58,119 bases of DNA from Chiloscyllium plagiosum (taxonomy: Eukaryota), in contig NC_057749.1 of NCBI RefSeq assembly GCF_004010195.1, positions 15,858,549-15,916,667 on the forward strand, in the 5' to 3' direction. Both the position numbers and the translations under genes were made by a program. Each line of letters starts with the position of its first letter. Position 1 is the stretch's first letter. The notes under the pieces were generated by a model, which saw only the letters and a program-made list of their open reading frames with translations, searched no databases and was not told the DNA's origin. This document shows positions 1 to 11,524 of the stretch, one piece after another.

Positions 1-743
1 AACCAAGTCATTAAATAACACAGGGCTTAGGTTTCAGTGAAATTAAAGAAAGGACTTTCATTTCTATAGCACCTTTCACAGCCTCCGGACATCCCAAAAT
101 GCTTCAGTGTCTTTACGGTACCTCATTCTCCTTAATGTGTGAGTGAGCCCTGTCCTCCACAAATAGTTGCACAATGTTTGATTGAAACCGAGCTGGGAGT
201 CTCTGAGCATCTAATAACTCCTTGGTAACCATAGTGATGGATTGAGGTGGTTATTGTTGCTCGGTTTGTAATTTTGACCTAGAAAAGAAATACCATCAGG
301 GGTAACCTGTGGAATGTTGGGAGGGTGGATGGTGGTTAATTAAATCACTGACAGTGAGGGAATTTCGCCATCTTTTCAATTGGGGTGTCAGAGGCCTTAG
401 GGCCTGTTGTCATGGCGATGTGCTTGCAGCATGCTTAAGAAAAGCTGGGGGCGATGTAGTCATCCGGTAATCTGGTGAAGCTTGATAGACAGAAATGGAA
501 GCACAAAAGACAGCAGAGTTACTTCTCCAGGGGATGGGGTGGTCTGTGAAGGCAGTCAAGGGTCTCAGAAGATCGAGGCTTAGTACAGGACTGTTGCTAT
601 CACCCCAGCTCTGGACAACAAAATCACAGACCAGGATTGAACCTAGTATAGGCCTGGCCCAGTGTGATATTCCCCATGTACATGGAGGGAGGTGTCTGTG
701 ACTGCAGGTAACATGTGCCCTCGGTCTCAATTTGTCTCTCCTC

Positions 744-744
<1 letters not shown>

Positions 745-793
<49 letters not shown>
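745..793. repeat. Poly-C homopolymer (49 nt)
   Basis: Uninterrupted C run; it produces the poly-Gly ORFs in the track. Confidence 0.95.
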
Positions 794-2004
794 ACCCCAG
801 CTCGGAGACAGTGTTGAGCTAAGTGTAATTTGGGATGGGTTCTGCATGGTTTGTCACACCACCAGAAATCACAGTCCCACGTCACTTTGGCTGTGACTGG
901 AAATCTATTCTTTATGAAACAAAACAGTGAGGTTTGATTGAGTTTCACTCATCCTCAATGCCATTACTCCTGTTCCTGTAAAATGCAATTATAAGGGAGT
1001 AGTTTGCATTAATGATCGATGATGCAGAGTGGATGAAGGATGTATAAAGAAAGGGTGTTGTTTACTAAGGAATTTCCTCGCAACCTTTAGTACAAAGATA
1101 TGTAGATCGCATTTTCTATTTGCGGTAGAAAAATACCAGCCTGTTTAAGGGATGTGGCATGAACTGAGTGGGGGGGGCTGCATTGTCCTGGGTGGTGTTG
1201 AGCTTCTTGAGTGTTGTTGGAGCTGCCCCCCCCTGCCACCCCCAAATCCAGGGCAAGTGGGGAGTATTCCATCACACTCCTGACGAGGTGGTGGATAGGC
1301 TTGGCGGAGGTCAGCTACTGGCTGCATATGTTGGTTCCACAACTGCTCGTTGTCTGCAATTTCTTTTATTTATTTTCTTTATCAATTATTAACCCAATTG
1401 CCTTGTGCAAGTTCCTATTAAATCTGCTTTCAGGCAGCACATTCCCAGTTACAAACCATTGGATTGCAATGCAGACCAATAAGTCCAGAAGTTGAGGGCA
1501 CTGTGTTGGCATTGGCTGTGAAATCAGGAGGGAGTTAATAACCGCCCATCGATTGGTGGTTCAGTTGTCCAACAGGCTTGTGAGTGACTGGCCCAGTGTA
1601 GCCCATTATACAGACCAGAGGCTTCACTCAGTTTCCCATGTGAAGTTATCAGGAGAAAGCGCTATTTAAATGCAATCCTTTCTTTATGGCAGAAGTCATG
1701 ATGGGACTAGAGTCTGTTTATCCACCTCACGCAGCATAGAACAAAAGGTCAACCATTCTCTGCAGTTAATAAAGTTGGGCTGTGGGTCTGAAAACAGGCC
1801 ACCAGCAAGGTGGTGTGACTGGGAGAGGAGATCAGGTCAAAGCTCTTTGTAACCAGCTAAAAGGTGAAGCAGGAGAGACTTTCCCCAATTTTCAGGAGCT
1901 TGAGAAGAATTTGAGGCACAATATGGTGCATCTTGCTGTGAGGACGGGAATAATGTGTAGGAGGAGACAGAGTAATTGCTGAGAGGATGGTTCCCCCCAC
2001 CCCC

Positions 2005-2270
2005 TCCCTGGGAGACTCTAGGACCAGACAACATAGTCTTAGAATTAAAGGGCTCCAATTTAGGACTGATTTGAGGAGGATTTTCTTTTGAGGATTGAGT
2101 GTCTTTGGAACTCCTTGACACAGTGAGCTGTAGGAGCAGAGTCCTTGTGTATATTTAAGGCTGAGAGAGATTTTTGATCAGTTGGGGAATAGAGGGTTAC
2201 AGGGAAAGGGGCAGGAAAGTGAACATGAGCAATCCTGCCGAATGGCTGCCTCCTGTTCGTATTTCTTGTC
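2005..2270 (+). mobile_element. CR1-type LINE 3' fragment
   Basis: Degenerate CR1 3' motifs (tctaggaccaga...tttaggactga...tttaaggctgagagaga...gaatggctgcctcctg), similar to other copies in the window. Confidence 0.6.
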
Positions 2271-4609
2271 TTAAGTGGAATTTTGTGGCATAGTGGTTGT
2301 GTCCCTGCCTCTGGGCCAGGAGGCCATGGTTCAGGTCCCACCCTGACCCGGAGATGTCATAACGTTGCTGGCCAGGTTGATTAAGAGGTCTAGAAGGAGT
2401 GAGGGAGAGTCCATGTGAGGATGGTCTTTCCCATGGTACTCCATGAAGAAATGAAACATTCGAACTGAAGAAATCTGAGATTGCATTGGCCTCTTCCATC
2501 TCTCAGCTGCTTCCAATAATACCTGTGCTGTAATCAATGTAATAATGTTAATGGGGCTTAGTAGGAAAGGACCTTGAGTCATGTCTCACGTCACAGCTCT
2601 TGTAACACAGTGGTAATGTCCTTACCTTTGAGCTACAAGGCCTGGATTCATGTCCCACCTGCTCCAGCGGTGCGTGACAACATCACTGAGCAGGTCGATG
2701 AGAAAATCAGTTCGCCCAGAAATGGGACAAGGCTTGAGCAGGCAGAGAAGATGAAGGCTGATGGGAGAAGGAGCCTGCTGTTTGGAAGTCGCTGGACTTC
2801 CCCCTCATGTTCTGTAGCCCGGGCTGATAACACAATAGGAGAAGTCAACCTTTTGTATCTATACAGCTGCTGTGTACTGACTGAATCCCATTCTCTGTCA
2901 GCAGAGCTGACTAATTGGGCCGTGTTACTAACACAGTAGTGATCTTTGTGTTCGGACGAGACGTTGAGTTCCTTGAAAGGTGCTAGGCATTTCTTCGAGC
3001 CTTTTGACTAAGATGGGAGAACTAATCCTGGGATATTTTAATCCACAGCTATTAAGGGCTGCACAAAGGGAGACAATTTAACACAAAGCAAAGAACCACC
3101 TCAAAATTAAATTTCTGCTCCGAGTACAATGTCCCAGTTTTGCTCTGAGTTTCCCTAGTTCTGTCTTTAATAGACTCGCTGCAGTTGCATGATTGACAGA
3201 GGTTACTGGCCTCCCTGGGAAATACACGTCTCCGATCCTGTCTCAGTACGTGGGAATCTGGGCTCCTGATGCAATGGGAATCAAATTCAGACAGCAGCTA
3301 CATGTTCACTTCTGTTTCGGTACAGAAAGAATATTTCACCCCAAAGGACTCCGGAAGAGAAAAACAAGTAGTTTGGTTATGATGGTAATCAATAAGTTTT
3401 ATAATTGAAGTGGAAAACTTGTGCAACAACGAGGGGTCACGGGTTTTAGATGTTGAGCGAAAGATGTGGAGGAGGCTTGAGGACAAACTTACCACACCGC
3501 AGAGTTCTAATGCTCAGGAATCTGCTGTCTACAAGGTGGGGTGGAAGCAGAAGTGGTGAATGATTTCCAAAGGGAATGGACAGGCACTTGAAGGAACCAA
3601 ACTCAGAGCAACAGGAACAGAGTGTGGGAATGGGGCTGACGTACAGAAGGCTGGCAATGGGTTTATTGGGCTGAATGCCTTCCTTCTCTTCCATGATCAC
3701 TCTGACTTGTTTTGTATTGTATATTTTGCCTCCAACAATACTTCATTTTGAAATATGATCACATTTTTCAATGTAGGGAATATTAACGAACTGCTGTTTG
3801 GATGTTAAATGTAGAAAATAGGAGCAGAAGTCGATATTTGCATTCAGATATGGGGCCATTATAATGGACAGGACGTGGTCTAATACAAACGGTAGCCTGT
3901 TTTGTTGCTGTTGAATGGTGGGGGGAAGGGTTTATCAGTTTCTGACCAATGTGCTGGTGGGACAGTTGGTCAGTGAGTGGCTATGATTTAATCTGAGCAT
4001 GTTGCTGTACAATTGGCTCCAATGGACACTTCTGAATTAGTCCATGTGAGCAGTAAATTTCCTTTCAGTAAGTTACTAAAACTAAGCCCCAGCTGTCCTC
4101 AGGTAGATGTAAAAAAAAACACACAGCAATATTCTTTAAAATAATATCTGAAAACAGAGACCTCCTATCGAAGCTTCTCATCCTGCACCCATCAGGACAA
4201 ACACAAGAATGCCAAATTTCCAACAGCCAAACCAAATCGCAGGAGAAAAGGCTGCTGATTGGTTGGCAAGTTGACTCTGATCAATTACTCAAGAGCTTGG
4301 GAGTCTGTACTTCTCCTTTACTTCCTGCAGGGCAATGCCTCAGCCAATCAAGCTTCACAGAACAGTACAGCACAGGCCCTTCAGCCCACCATATCTGGGC
4401 CAACCGGGATGGATTTCTTAAATTAATCCCAGGTGCCTGCTTGTCTGTATCTCTCTCTGTTCCCTGCTGTTCAGGTGTCTGTCTTATTGCCCCTTAAATG
4501 TTGCTATGGTATCTACAGCAAAAGTTTGTATCTTCGGAAAATTGTTTTTCTTTTCAGCGTTATTCAAATCATGTGGCAGTGGGTGGTTATGAAAGAGTTT
4601 CCCCTGGTT

Positions 4610-4810
4610 TCTCTCAGCTAACACCCTGAACTCAGATGGTCTGGTCATTATCACATTGCTGCCTATGGGTTCTTGCTGTCGGCCAGTTGGCTGCTGTGTC
4701 CCTTACCTTGTAACAGTGGCCCCACTTCCGAAATACTGAATTGGTTGCATAGCACTCTGGTGCTTCCTGAGCGTGTGTAAGGTGCTATATAAATGCAGGT
4801 TATTCTTTTC
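4610..4810 (+). mobile_element. Ancient Deu-domain-like SINE fragment (related pieces near 5450-5710, 6050-6350, 21580-21850, 43150-43310)
   Basis: Recurrent motif ctggtcattatcacattgctg...ttgctgt...ttggctgc...aacagtg, with tail gtgctatataaatgcag. Confidence 0.5.
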
Positions 4811-6958
4811 TAGTTCTGCAAAATCAGTGACACCAAACATTTGGAGCATAATACCATGGGGATTCTGGGACGACTTTCTGAAGTGGGGCTGTCACAAAGG
4901 AGGGTGAATGATTGGAGGCGGGGGAGAGAAGTTAATGGTTGTAGATGATGGAACAGAATCCATTAAAAGAACGTGCTGCTCAGTGAATAGAACATTATAG
5001 TTGCAGTGTTAAATGTTCACTCTTATGCTCAGCAGGTGAGTCCGCTCTGAAATTCAGTCAAATATATCTATTAGCAATTTGTTTCTAACAAGACTTGTTT
5101 CTTGAAACCCTCTGACGCCTTCTATCCTTTGGGATTCTTATTTAATCTGTATTATGAGGTTGTATTATTGGAAAAGATTTTGATGGGACAAGGCATATTG
5201 TGTGACTTTATCCATCATCAAAAAGCTTGAGGAATGTTTGCAGAGAATCTCTTTGACATGCTAACACAAACCTTGCTGCATCTCAGTCTGAATAGTGTCA
5301 CAAGTGAGAAAAACAGTTTTAGGAACTTGCATCTTGGTGTTGGGGGGTTGCATAGTGGGGGGGGGGTGGGGAGGATTATATGTGGGGATGTCTCAACAAA
5401 AAAACTGAGCCAAGCTTAGTCACTCTCTGCTGGATAATCCATTCCCCTTGCCAGTTGTGGCTTGGTTGGTAACACACTCTGTGTGTGGGGTTCAGTTCCA
5501 CTGCAGTCCATCATACAGAGGGAGTGCTGCTGTACCACAGATGCACTGTTTACCAAAACAGATTCTCTTCCTTGATCCTGTCGCTGTTAATTGGTGTTTG
5601 CTGTTTGCAAATTGGCTGCCACTTGTCCTGCATCTAAAATGGTGGCACTTTAAAACTGCTTCCTGAAATGTTTTACAATCTAAGTTTGGGAAAAGCATTA
5701 TAGGAATGCCCTCCTGTATTTATCTCCTTTAAATATTACTCACCCACTCCCTGTGGGAGCAAGTTCCACATTCTCTCCACTCTCTGGGTAAAGGGGTTTC
5801 TCCAGAATTTCCATTTGGATTATTGGTCGCCACCCAACACTAATGAGTTTTAGCTTAATATTTCCCCACGAGTAGAAATATGTTTTGGTTACTGAGTGAG
5901 TCATTGCAAAGTTCATATTTCCTTTCCCTACATGGCAAGGAGCAATTAGATATCAGTTTCCACACTCCGATTGCACCAAATATCTGGACAGACTTTACTG
6001 CTGACATCATTAATCTGTGGTTTTTGTGTTCCTGGTTTGTCCCTGAGTTGTCAGTCATGGCCCCAGTGGGACCGTCTCTGCCTGTGAGTCAGAACGTTGT
6101 GTGTTTAACTCCTACACCAAGCATAATCCAGACTGACATTTAGTGTTGTGTCTTTACAATGAGACATTAAACAGAGATTTAAAAATCCAATTTAAATTAG
6201 CACAGTTTTGTTCTTCTTGATGTCGTAGGCCAATATTAATCCCTCAATCAACAACAGAAACAGATGATCTGATTATTATCGTGTTGCTATCTGTCAGAGT
6301 TTGCTGTGCACTGATTGACTTCCATGTTCCCTGCATTACAACAGAGACTTCAACTCACTAAAACATAGCCAATACAGAATTCTGGAAGAACTCAGATCTG
6401 GCAGCAACTATGAAGAGAGAAACAGTTAGTCCATTTCAAATCTGTGTCACACTGTTTCTGTCTTTCCACAGAAGCTGCCAGACCTGCTGAGTTTCTTCAG
6501 CACTTTGTGTGTTTGTTTCCAGCATCTGAAATGTTTTGAAACCATAATCAGACATGACATTGTCAAGGAGACCCTGAGCTTGAATCGGAAAAGCCCTGGA
6601 TGGAAATAGTTTTCTCTGTCTCGCTACAAACTTCACTTCCAGTTGGTTGTCCTTGTCATCATGCTGTGCTTAGCTGTTACCTGATTTGGTTATAATCTGG
6701 AGATATTTCAGAGATCACAGGCCATGTTTTGTAAGTGAGAGATGTGCCTGGAGCTATGACTGTTGCAGCCAAACTGGTATTTGTAGCGATGTCCAACCTA
6801 CAGCAGGCTGCTCGTGAATCCCAGCTGCTGGTTTGTAAACGTTCACTCCTGAAGACTTTGGGGAGTTCTGGAGAGTTGGCAACCCAGTGATCAGCTGTGG
6901 ACTGATCCTTTTGGAGTGTTAAGTGATTAAAATCTATTCTCTTTTCTTCTTGCTGTAG

Positions 6959-7041
6959 GCCAGAAGACCCTTCACCACAGGAGTGACGTCCTAGAGACGG
7001 TGGTCCTCGTTAACCCTGCTGAAGACACAGTCGCCTCTGAG
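6959..7041 (+). CDS. MAP1A: MAP1A internal coding exon (83 nt; equivalent to MAP1-family exon 3)
   Basis: Pyrimidine tract ...cttttcttcttgctgtAG, donor GAG|GTAATG. Translates (G)QKTLHHRSDVLETVVLVNPAEDTVASE, matching the conserved MAP1 N-terminal segment (cf. MAP1B HHRSDVLETVVLINPS). Confidence 0.93.
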
Positions 7042-7329
7042 GTAATGGTGACAGCTCACTGGGTTTACAGAGACTCCATTATTTTACCCATTTCTCCAAA
7101 TGACAATAAATTCAGCAACTTTGTCTGATTCTGAAACAGGGACAGGGATGAAGCTATTTGGAGTACTGAGAAGATTAATTCAAATATTAAGATTCACCAA
7201 ACAAGTGGTTGGAGGAGCGAGAGGAAACATTGACACACTCATATTGCCTCGATAAATACAAATGAGAGGTGCTGATAGTTTGAGAGGAGTATGAGATTTG
7301 TAACATATACAGAAATGTGTGCAAAGGGT

Positions 7330-7500
7330 CTCTCTCTCTCTCTTTCTTTTCTCTCTCTTTCTTTTCTCTCTCTTTCTTTTCTCTCTCTTTCTTTTCTCTC
7401 TCTTTCTTTTCTCTCTCTTTCTTTTTTCTCTCTTTCTTTTCTCTCTCTTTCTTTTCTCTCTCTTTCTTTTCTCTCTCTTTCTTTTCTCTCTCTTTCTTTT
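7330..7500. repeat. Polypyrimidine tandem repeat, 15-bp unit (CTCTCTCTTTCTTTT)n, ~11 copies
   Basis: Directly visible; source of the KRERK/LSLSF ORFs. Confidence 0.95.
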
Positions 7501-7544
7501 GATGCTGCCTGACCTGCTGCGCTTTTCCAGCAACACATTTCCAT

Positions 7545-7866
7545 CTCTAAATAGACAAAGACCCTGGTGTCGGGGAGTCCAGAACTAGAGGGCATAGGTT
7601 TAGGGTGAGAGTGGAAAGATATAAAAGAGAGCTAATGGGCTATCTTTTCACACAGAGGGGAGTACAGGTATGGAATGAGATGCCAGAGGAAATGGTGGAG
7701 GCTGGTACAATTACAACATTTTAAGAGGCATTTGGATGCGTATATGAATAGGAAGGTTCTGGAGGGATATGGCTGGGTGCTGGCGGGTGAGACTAGCTTG
7801 GGTTGGGGTATCTGGACGGGTTGGACTGAATGGTCTGTTTCCGTGCTGTATATCTCTATGACTCTA
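7545..7866 (+). mobile_element. CR1-type LINE 3' end
   Basis: ggggagtccagaactagagggcataggtttagggtgagag...tggaatgagatgccagaggaaatggtggaggctggtacaatt...ctgtttccgtgctgtatatctctatgactct. Confidence 0.8.
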
Positions 7867-7981
7867 CTTAGGGATCCTGTTATATTGGAAGCTTTGATTT
7901 CTATTTTAAAGTTGTGACTATACTGTACTGGCGAAGAGTTGGCTCAGTTGGCTGAATGACTGGTTTGTAGTGCTGAGTGAT

Positions 7982-8081
7982 TCTCTCTCTCTCACACTCT
8001 CACTCTCTCTCACACTCTCACTCTCTCTCGCTCTCTCTCTCGCTCTCTCTCTCGCCCTCTCTCTCGCTCTCTCTCGCTCTC
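7982..8081. repeat. Imperfect (CT)n microsatellite
   Basis: CT repeat with CA/CG interruptions. Confidence 0.9.
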
Positions 8082-8167
8082 CCACCCCCTCAGAGTCTGT
8101 TCTAGGTTGGGCAGAATTCAGTCTCAATAAATCAGTGGCTATTTTCACTCACGACGTTAGATGTATT

Positions 8168-8505
8168 AGGAGGGAGGCAATGGCTGTGTAGTATTATCGC
8201 AGGACTGCTAAGAGACCCAGGTAAAATTCTGGAGGCGTATGTTCAAATCCTGCTATGGCAGATCATGGAACTTGAATTCAATAATTAAAATAAACTAAAA
8301 TCTGGAATTAAGAGTGTGCTGATGATCATGAATCCATTGTCAATTGTTGGGAAAACCCAAGTGGGTCACTAATGTCCTTCAGGGAAGGAAACTGCCATTC
8401 TTCATGTGACTCCAGACCCACAGCAATGTGGTTGACTCTTAATTGACTCTTAAATAAATGTTGGCCTAGCCAGCGATGCCCTCATCCCATCAATGAATTA
8501 AAAAA
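8168..8505 (+). mobile_element. tRNA-headed SINE (reverse copies near 23490-23765 and 48565-48885)
   Basis: B-box-like gttcaaatcc, body catgtgactccagacccacagcaatgtggttgactcttaa shared among copies, A-rich tail. Confidence 0.7.
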
Positions 8506-8678
8506 AGACAAAACTCTTCTGGTGTGTTAGTGTCTCTAGTGAGTCTCTACACCAAGGTGAACCTGCTGGTTTCTAATCTGTTTGTAAAGTGTAGAGATTG
8601 GGTTAAGAAGTTCCCAATGACCCCTTCAGCATTGTTGACTGACCGGCTGCTGGTAGTTCCTTGGTTTGATTTCCATCA

Positions 8679-8711
<33 letters not shown>

Positions 8712-8828
8712 CACCCTTTCCCTGACTGTATCTCCTCAATGTGCTCAGGTGCAATGTGGGGGTGGAGGGCATGGCAGAGGGACCTGGGGGCAGCCTCTAA
8801 CTGTGTTGTTTTTCGTGCCTCATTCTAG

Positions 8829-8969
8829 GTTCACTCACTCGTGACAGACCCGTCCCGCCACAAGCTCTTGGTACTCTGCGGACAAACCTCTGACCAAGGA
8901 GGAGACCTCATTCTGCAAACCGGAACCTACTCTTTTCAAAGATTCATTGAGACTTTCGCAGACCCAGAG
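8829..8969 (+). CDS. MAP1A: MAP1A internal coding exon (141 nt)
   Basis: Acceptor cattctAG, donor GAG|GTGAGA, phase 0/0. Translates VHSLVTDPSRHKLLVLCGQTSDQGGDLILQTGTYSFQRFIETFADPE (MAP1 RHKLLVL motif). Confidence 0.95.
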
Positions 8970-9071
8970 GTGAGAATGACCCACGTGGGTTTTCCTGTTT
9001 GTAGCCACCGTCTGTGAACCTCACTGAGTAAAAGCAGAAGTGACGTGAGGCTGGGGAAAGGAGAGCAAAAC

Positions 9072-9960
9072 CGAGTCGAGAGTGTGGTGCTGGAAAAGCA
9101 CAGCAGGTCAGGCAGCATCCAAGCAGCAGGAGAGGCAATGCTTTGGGCAAAAGCCCTTTGTCAGGAAGGGCTTTTGCCTGAAACGTCGATTCTCCTGCTC
9201 CTCAGATGCTGCCTGACCTGCTGTGCTTTTCCAGCACCACACTCTCGACTCTAATCTCCAGCACCTGCAGTCCTCACTTTCGCCTTGAGAGAATATGCTC
9301 TAGTTGAATCAATAAATAACCATGACGTGGAGGTGCTGGTGTTGGACTGGGGTGGGGGTGAGGTCAGAAGTCAAACACCGGGTTATGGTCCAAGTTCATT
9401 TGAAATCACAAGCTCTTGGAGCCCCTGCCTTTTCATCAGGTGGTGAAGGGAAGCGCACAGGCACCGAATTTATAGGCAGAGAGATCACAAGATCATACAA
9501 ATGGTGTAAGGGGAGTGTCGACAGGCTGAATAAGAAGTCTGCAGGTGATCAAAAGTGTCTGCCGGGGAGAGCAAAGTGTCAACAGCTGAATAACAAATGA
9601 AAGGATGATCTGATTAATTGAGGCAGGGAGATAATTACAAAAAGTTAAAAAATAAGATGAAACTGGAGACCAGCCAAATGGCTGGAATAACATGATGGGA
9701 ATAAGAGCTACATGCCAAGCGTCCAACCAAAATAACAAGTAATTCAAAACTGTACAAACTAATTAAAGTAGAGAGATCGTAACAAGTTATCAAAGTGACA
9801 GTGTCAAAACAGGACAGAAAGGAAGATTTTACAGACACAGAACAGTGTGGTGGGGTCACATGTAATGAGACATGAACCCAACATCACAGGTCTTCATGGG
9901 AACGGAGCTTGGCAATCAGTTCCTGCTTTCCGATTCTGTGTTATGTATCTTGGATGCTTA
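9072..9960. mobile_element. Penelope-like element remnants with inverted terminal segment
   Basis: Inverted pair gagagtgtggtgctggaaaagcacagcaggtcaggcagcatc / gatgctgcctgacctgctgtgcttttccagcaccacactctc around a degenerate hammerhead-like core. Confidence 0.55.
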
Positions 9961-11019
9961 CCTGAAGATCAGTTGCAGAGTCCTATGTCAGGACCAGCTT
10001 GGCTGAACTCCACTTTGGCTGGAGTTCCATTGGTGTTATACCTCAACAGTGGAGGCAATTCTATTGGTGTTGGGAGGCAAAGAGAAACCTACCGAGACTC
10101 CCACTGTTAGTCTAACGATGCCCTCTGGAGAGACTGGCTTGAGACAGATTGATCTTAACTGTGATGTTTTCCATATTTGAGTGACGAATGGTGCTGGCCT
10201 GCCTATCGAACCCCGTGTTACCTGGGTCATGGATAGTAAGATTTCAGGGCCTGAGATGTGTAGTTCAGCTAGAATCCCTGCCTTTAGCAGAGGAGCATCA
10301 GTCATAATGGATGCTTTGGTTTGGTACCGGTCACTGTCACAAACCAGTGTTGAACTTCAGGTGGAATGTATTGGACAGGAGAAACCTATTGGCACAGCAA
10401 CACCTGACTCCCCCTCACCCCCTTCCTTTCATCTCACCCCATTTCCCCCACTAGCCTCCCCTTCAATATATCAACCTATTCATCTCAGCCACTCACTATC
10501 AGAGTACTGCTGCATGTAAGAGACCTTCAGCCCATTGTGTCTGTGCAGGAACCTGTCTAATCTACTCCCATTTCCCAGCACTTGGTCCATAGCCTTTAGA
10601 CTGTCTGAATACCTGTTGTATGTTGTACGAGCTGGTTTCACTTTCTCCCCACTCTGAGTGAAGAGGTCTTTCCTAGTTCCTGACCCTCTGCCACTGATAT
10701 CGTGGCTGTGAATCATCTTTGCACCTTCTCCAGTACCTCAACTCCTCGTGAAAATGGTGGTGGAGAAGTAGGCCGTTCAGCCCATCGAGTCTGCTCCACC
10801 AGTCGATGAGACTGATAACTCTCAACTCCACTTTCCTGCCTTTTCCCTCGATTTCCTCACTGATTAAAAACCTGAATATACTTAACGACCCCACCTCTGC
10901 GGGAAAGAATTCCAGAATGCTGTTGTCCAAGGGAAGAAATTCCTTGTCTCAGATTTAGGTGTGTGACCCCTTATTCTGAGATTATACCCTCTGGTCCTAG
11001 AGTCTCCCACAATCATGGA

Positions 11020-11335
11020 ACCCGTACAATGTGGAAGCGGGCCATTCGGTCCATTGACACAACACCGACCCTCTGAAGAGAATCCCACCCTCCTACCTTA
11101 GCCCTGTAACCCTGCATTTCGCATGGCTAACCTACCTAGTGTGCACATCCCTGGACACTTTGGGCAATTTCCCATGGCCAGCCTACCTTTGGATATCTTT
11201 GGACTGTGGTGGGAAGCCCATGCAGACGTGGGGAGAATGTGCAAACCCCGTGTAGGCAGCCACTGAAGGTGGGAATCGAACCCGTACCCTGGTGCTGTGA
11301 GGCAGCAGTGCTAACCACTGAGCCACCGTGCCACC
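11020..11335 (-). mobile_element. HE1/V-SINE-type SINE
   Basis: Reverse strand begins ggtggcacggtggctcagtggttagcactgctgcctcacagcaccaggg...ggttcgattccc (tRNA head) and contains the V-domain tttgcacattctcccc. Confidence 0.8.
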
Positions 11336-11524
11336 TACAAGGAAAAACCATATTTTCATATCTACCCTGTCAAGTCTTCTAAGTCTTGAATGTTTTAATA
11401 AGGTCACCTCTTGCTCTTGTAAACTCCAATGAGTTCAGGCTGGAGTTGCCATGTGGACTGACTGACTTGTGCTTCTATTGGTTGGTGAAGTGTGTCTAAC
11501 GTTCTTTCTTTGTTGTTGATTCAG

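Noticed and set aside
2574..2640. VSRHSS peptide resembling MAP1 exon 2 (FVSRHSA)
   Set aside because: No flanking homology or splice sites, and it overlaps a SINE head. Exons 1-2 appear to lie upstream of the window.
11492..11524. ORF-track start of the 3343-aa ORF and its read-through end GEKPLG*
   Set aside because: Both are intronic extensions beyond the clear splice sites at 11525 and 21503.
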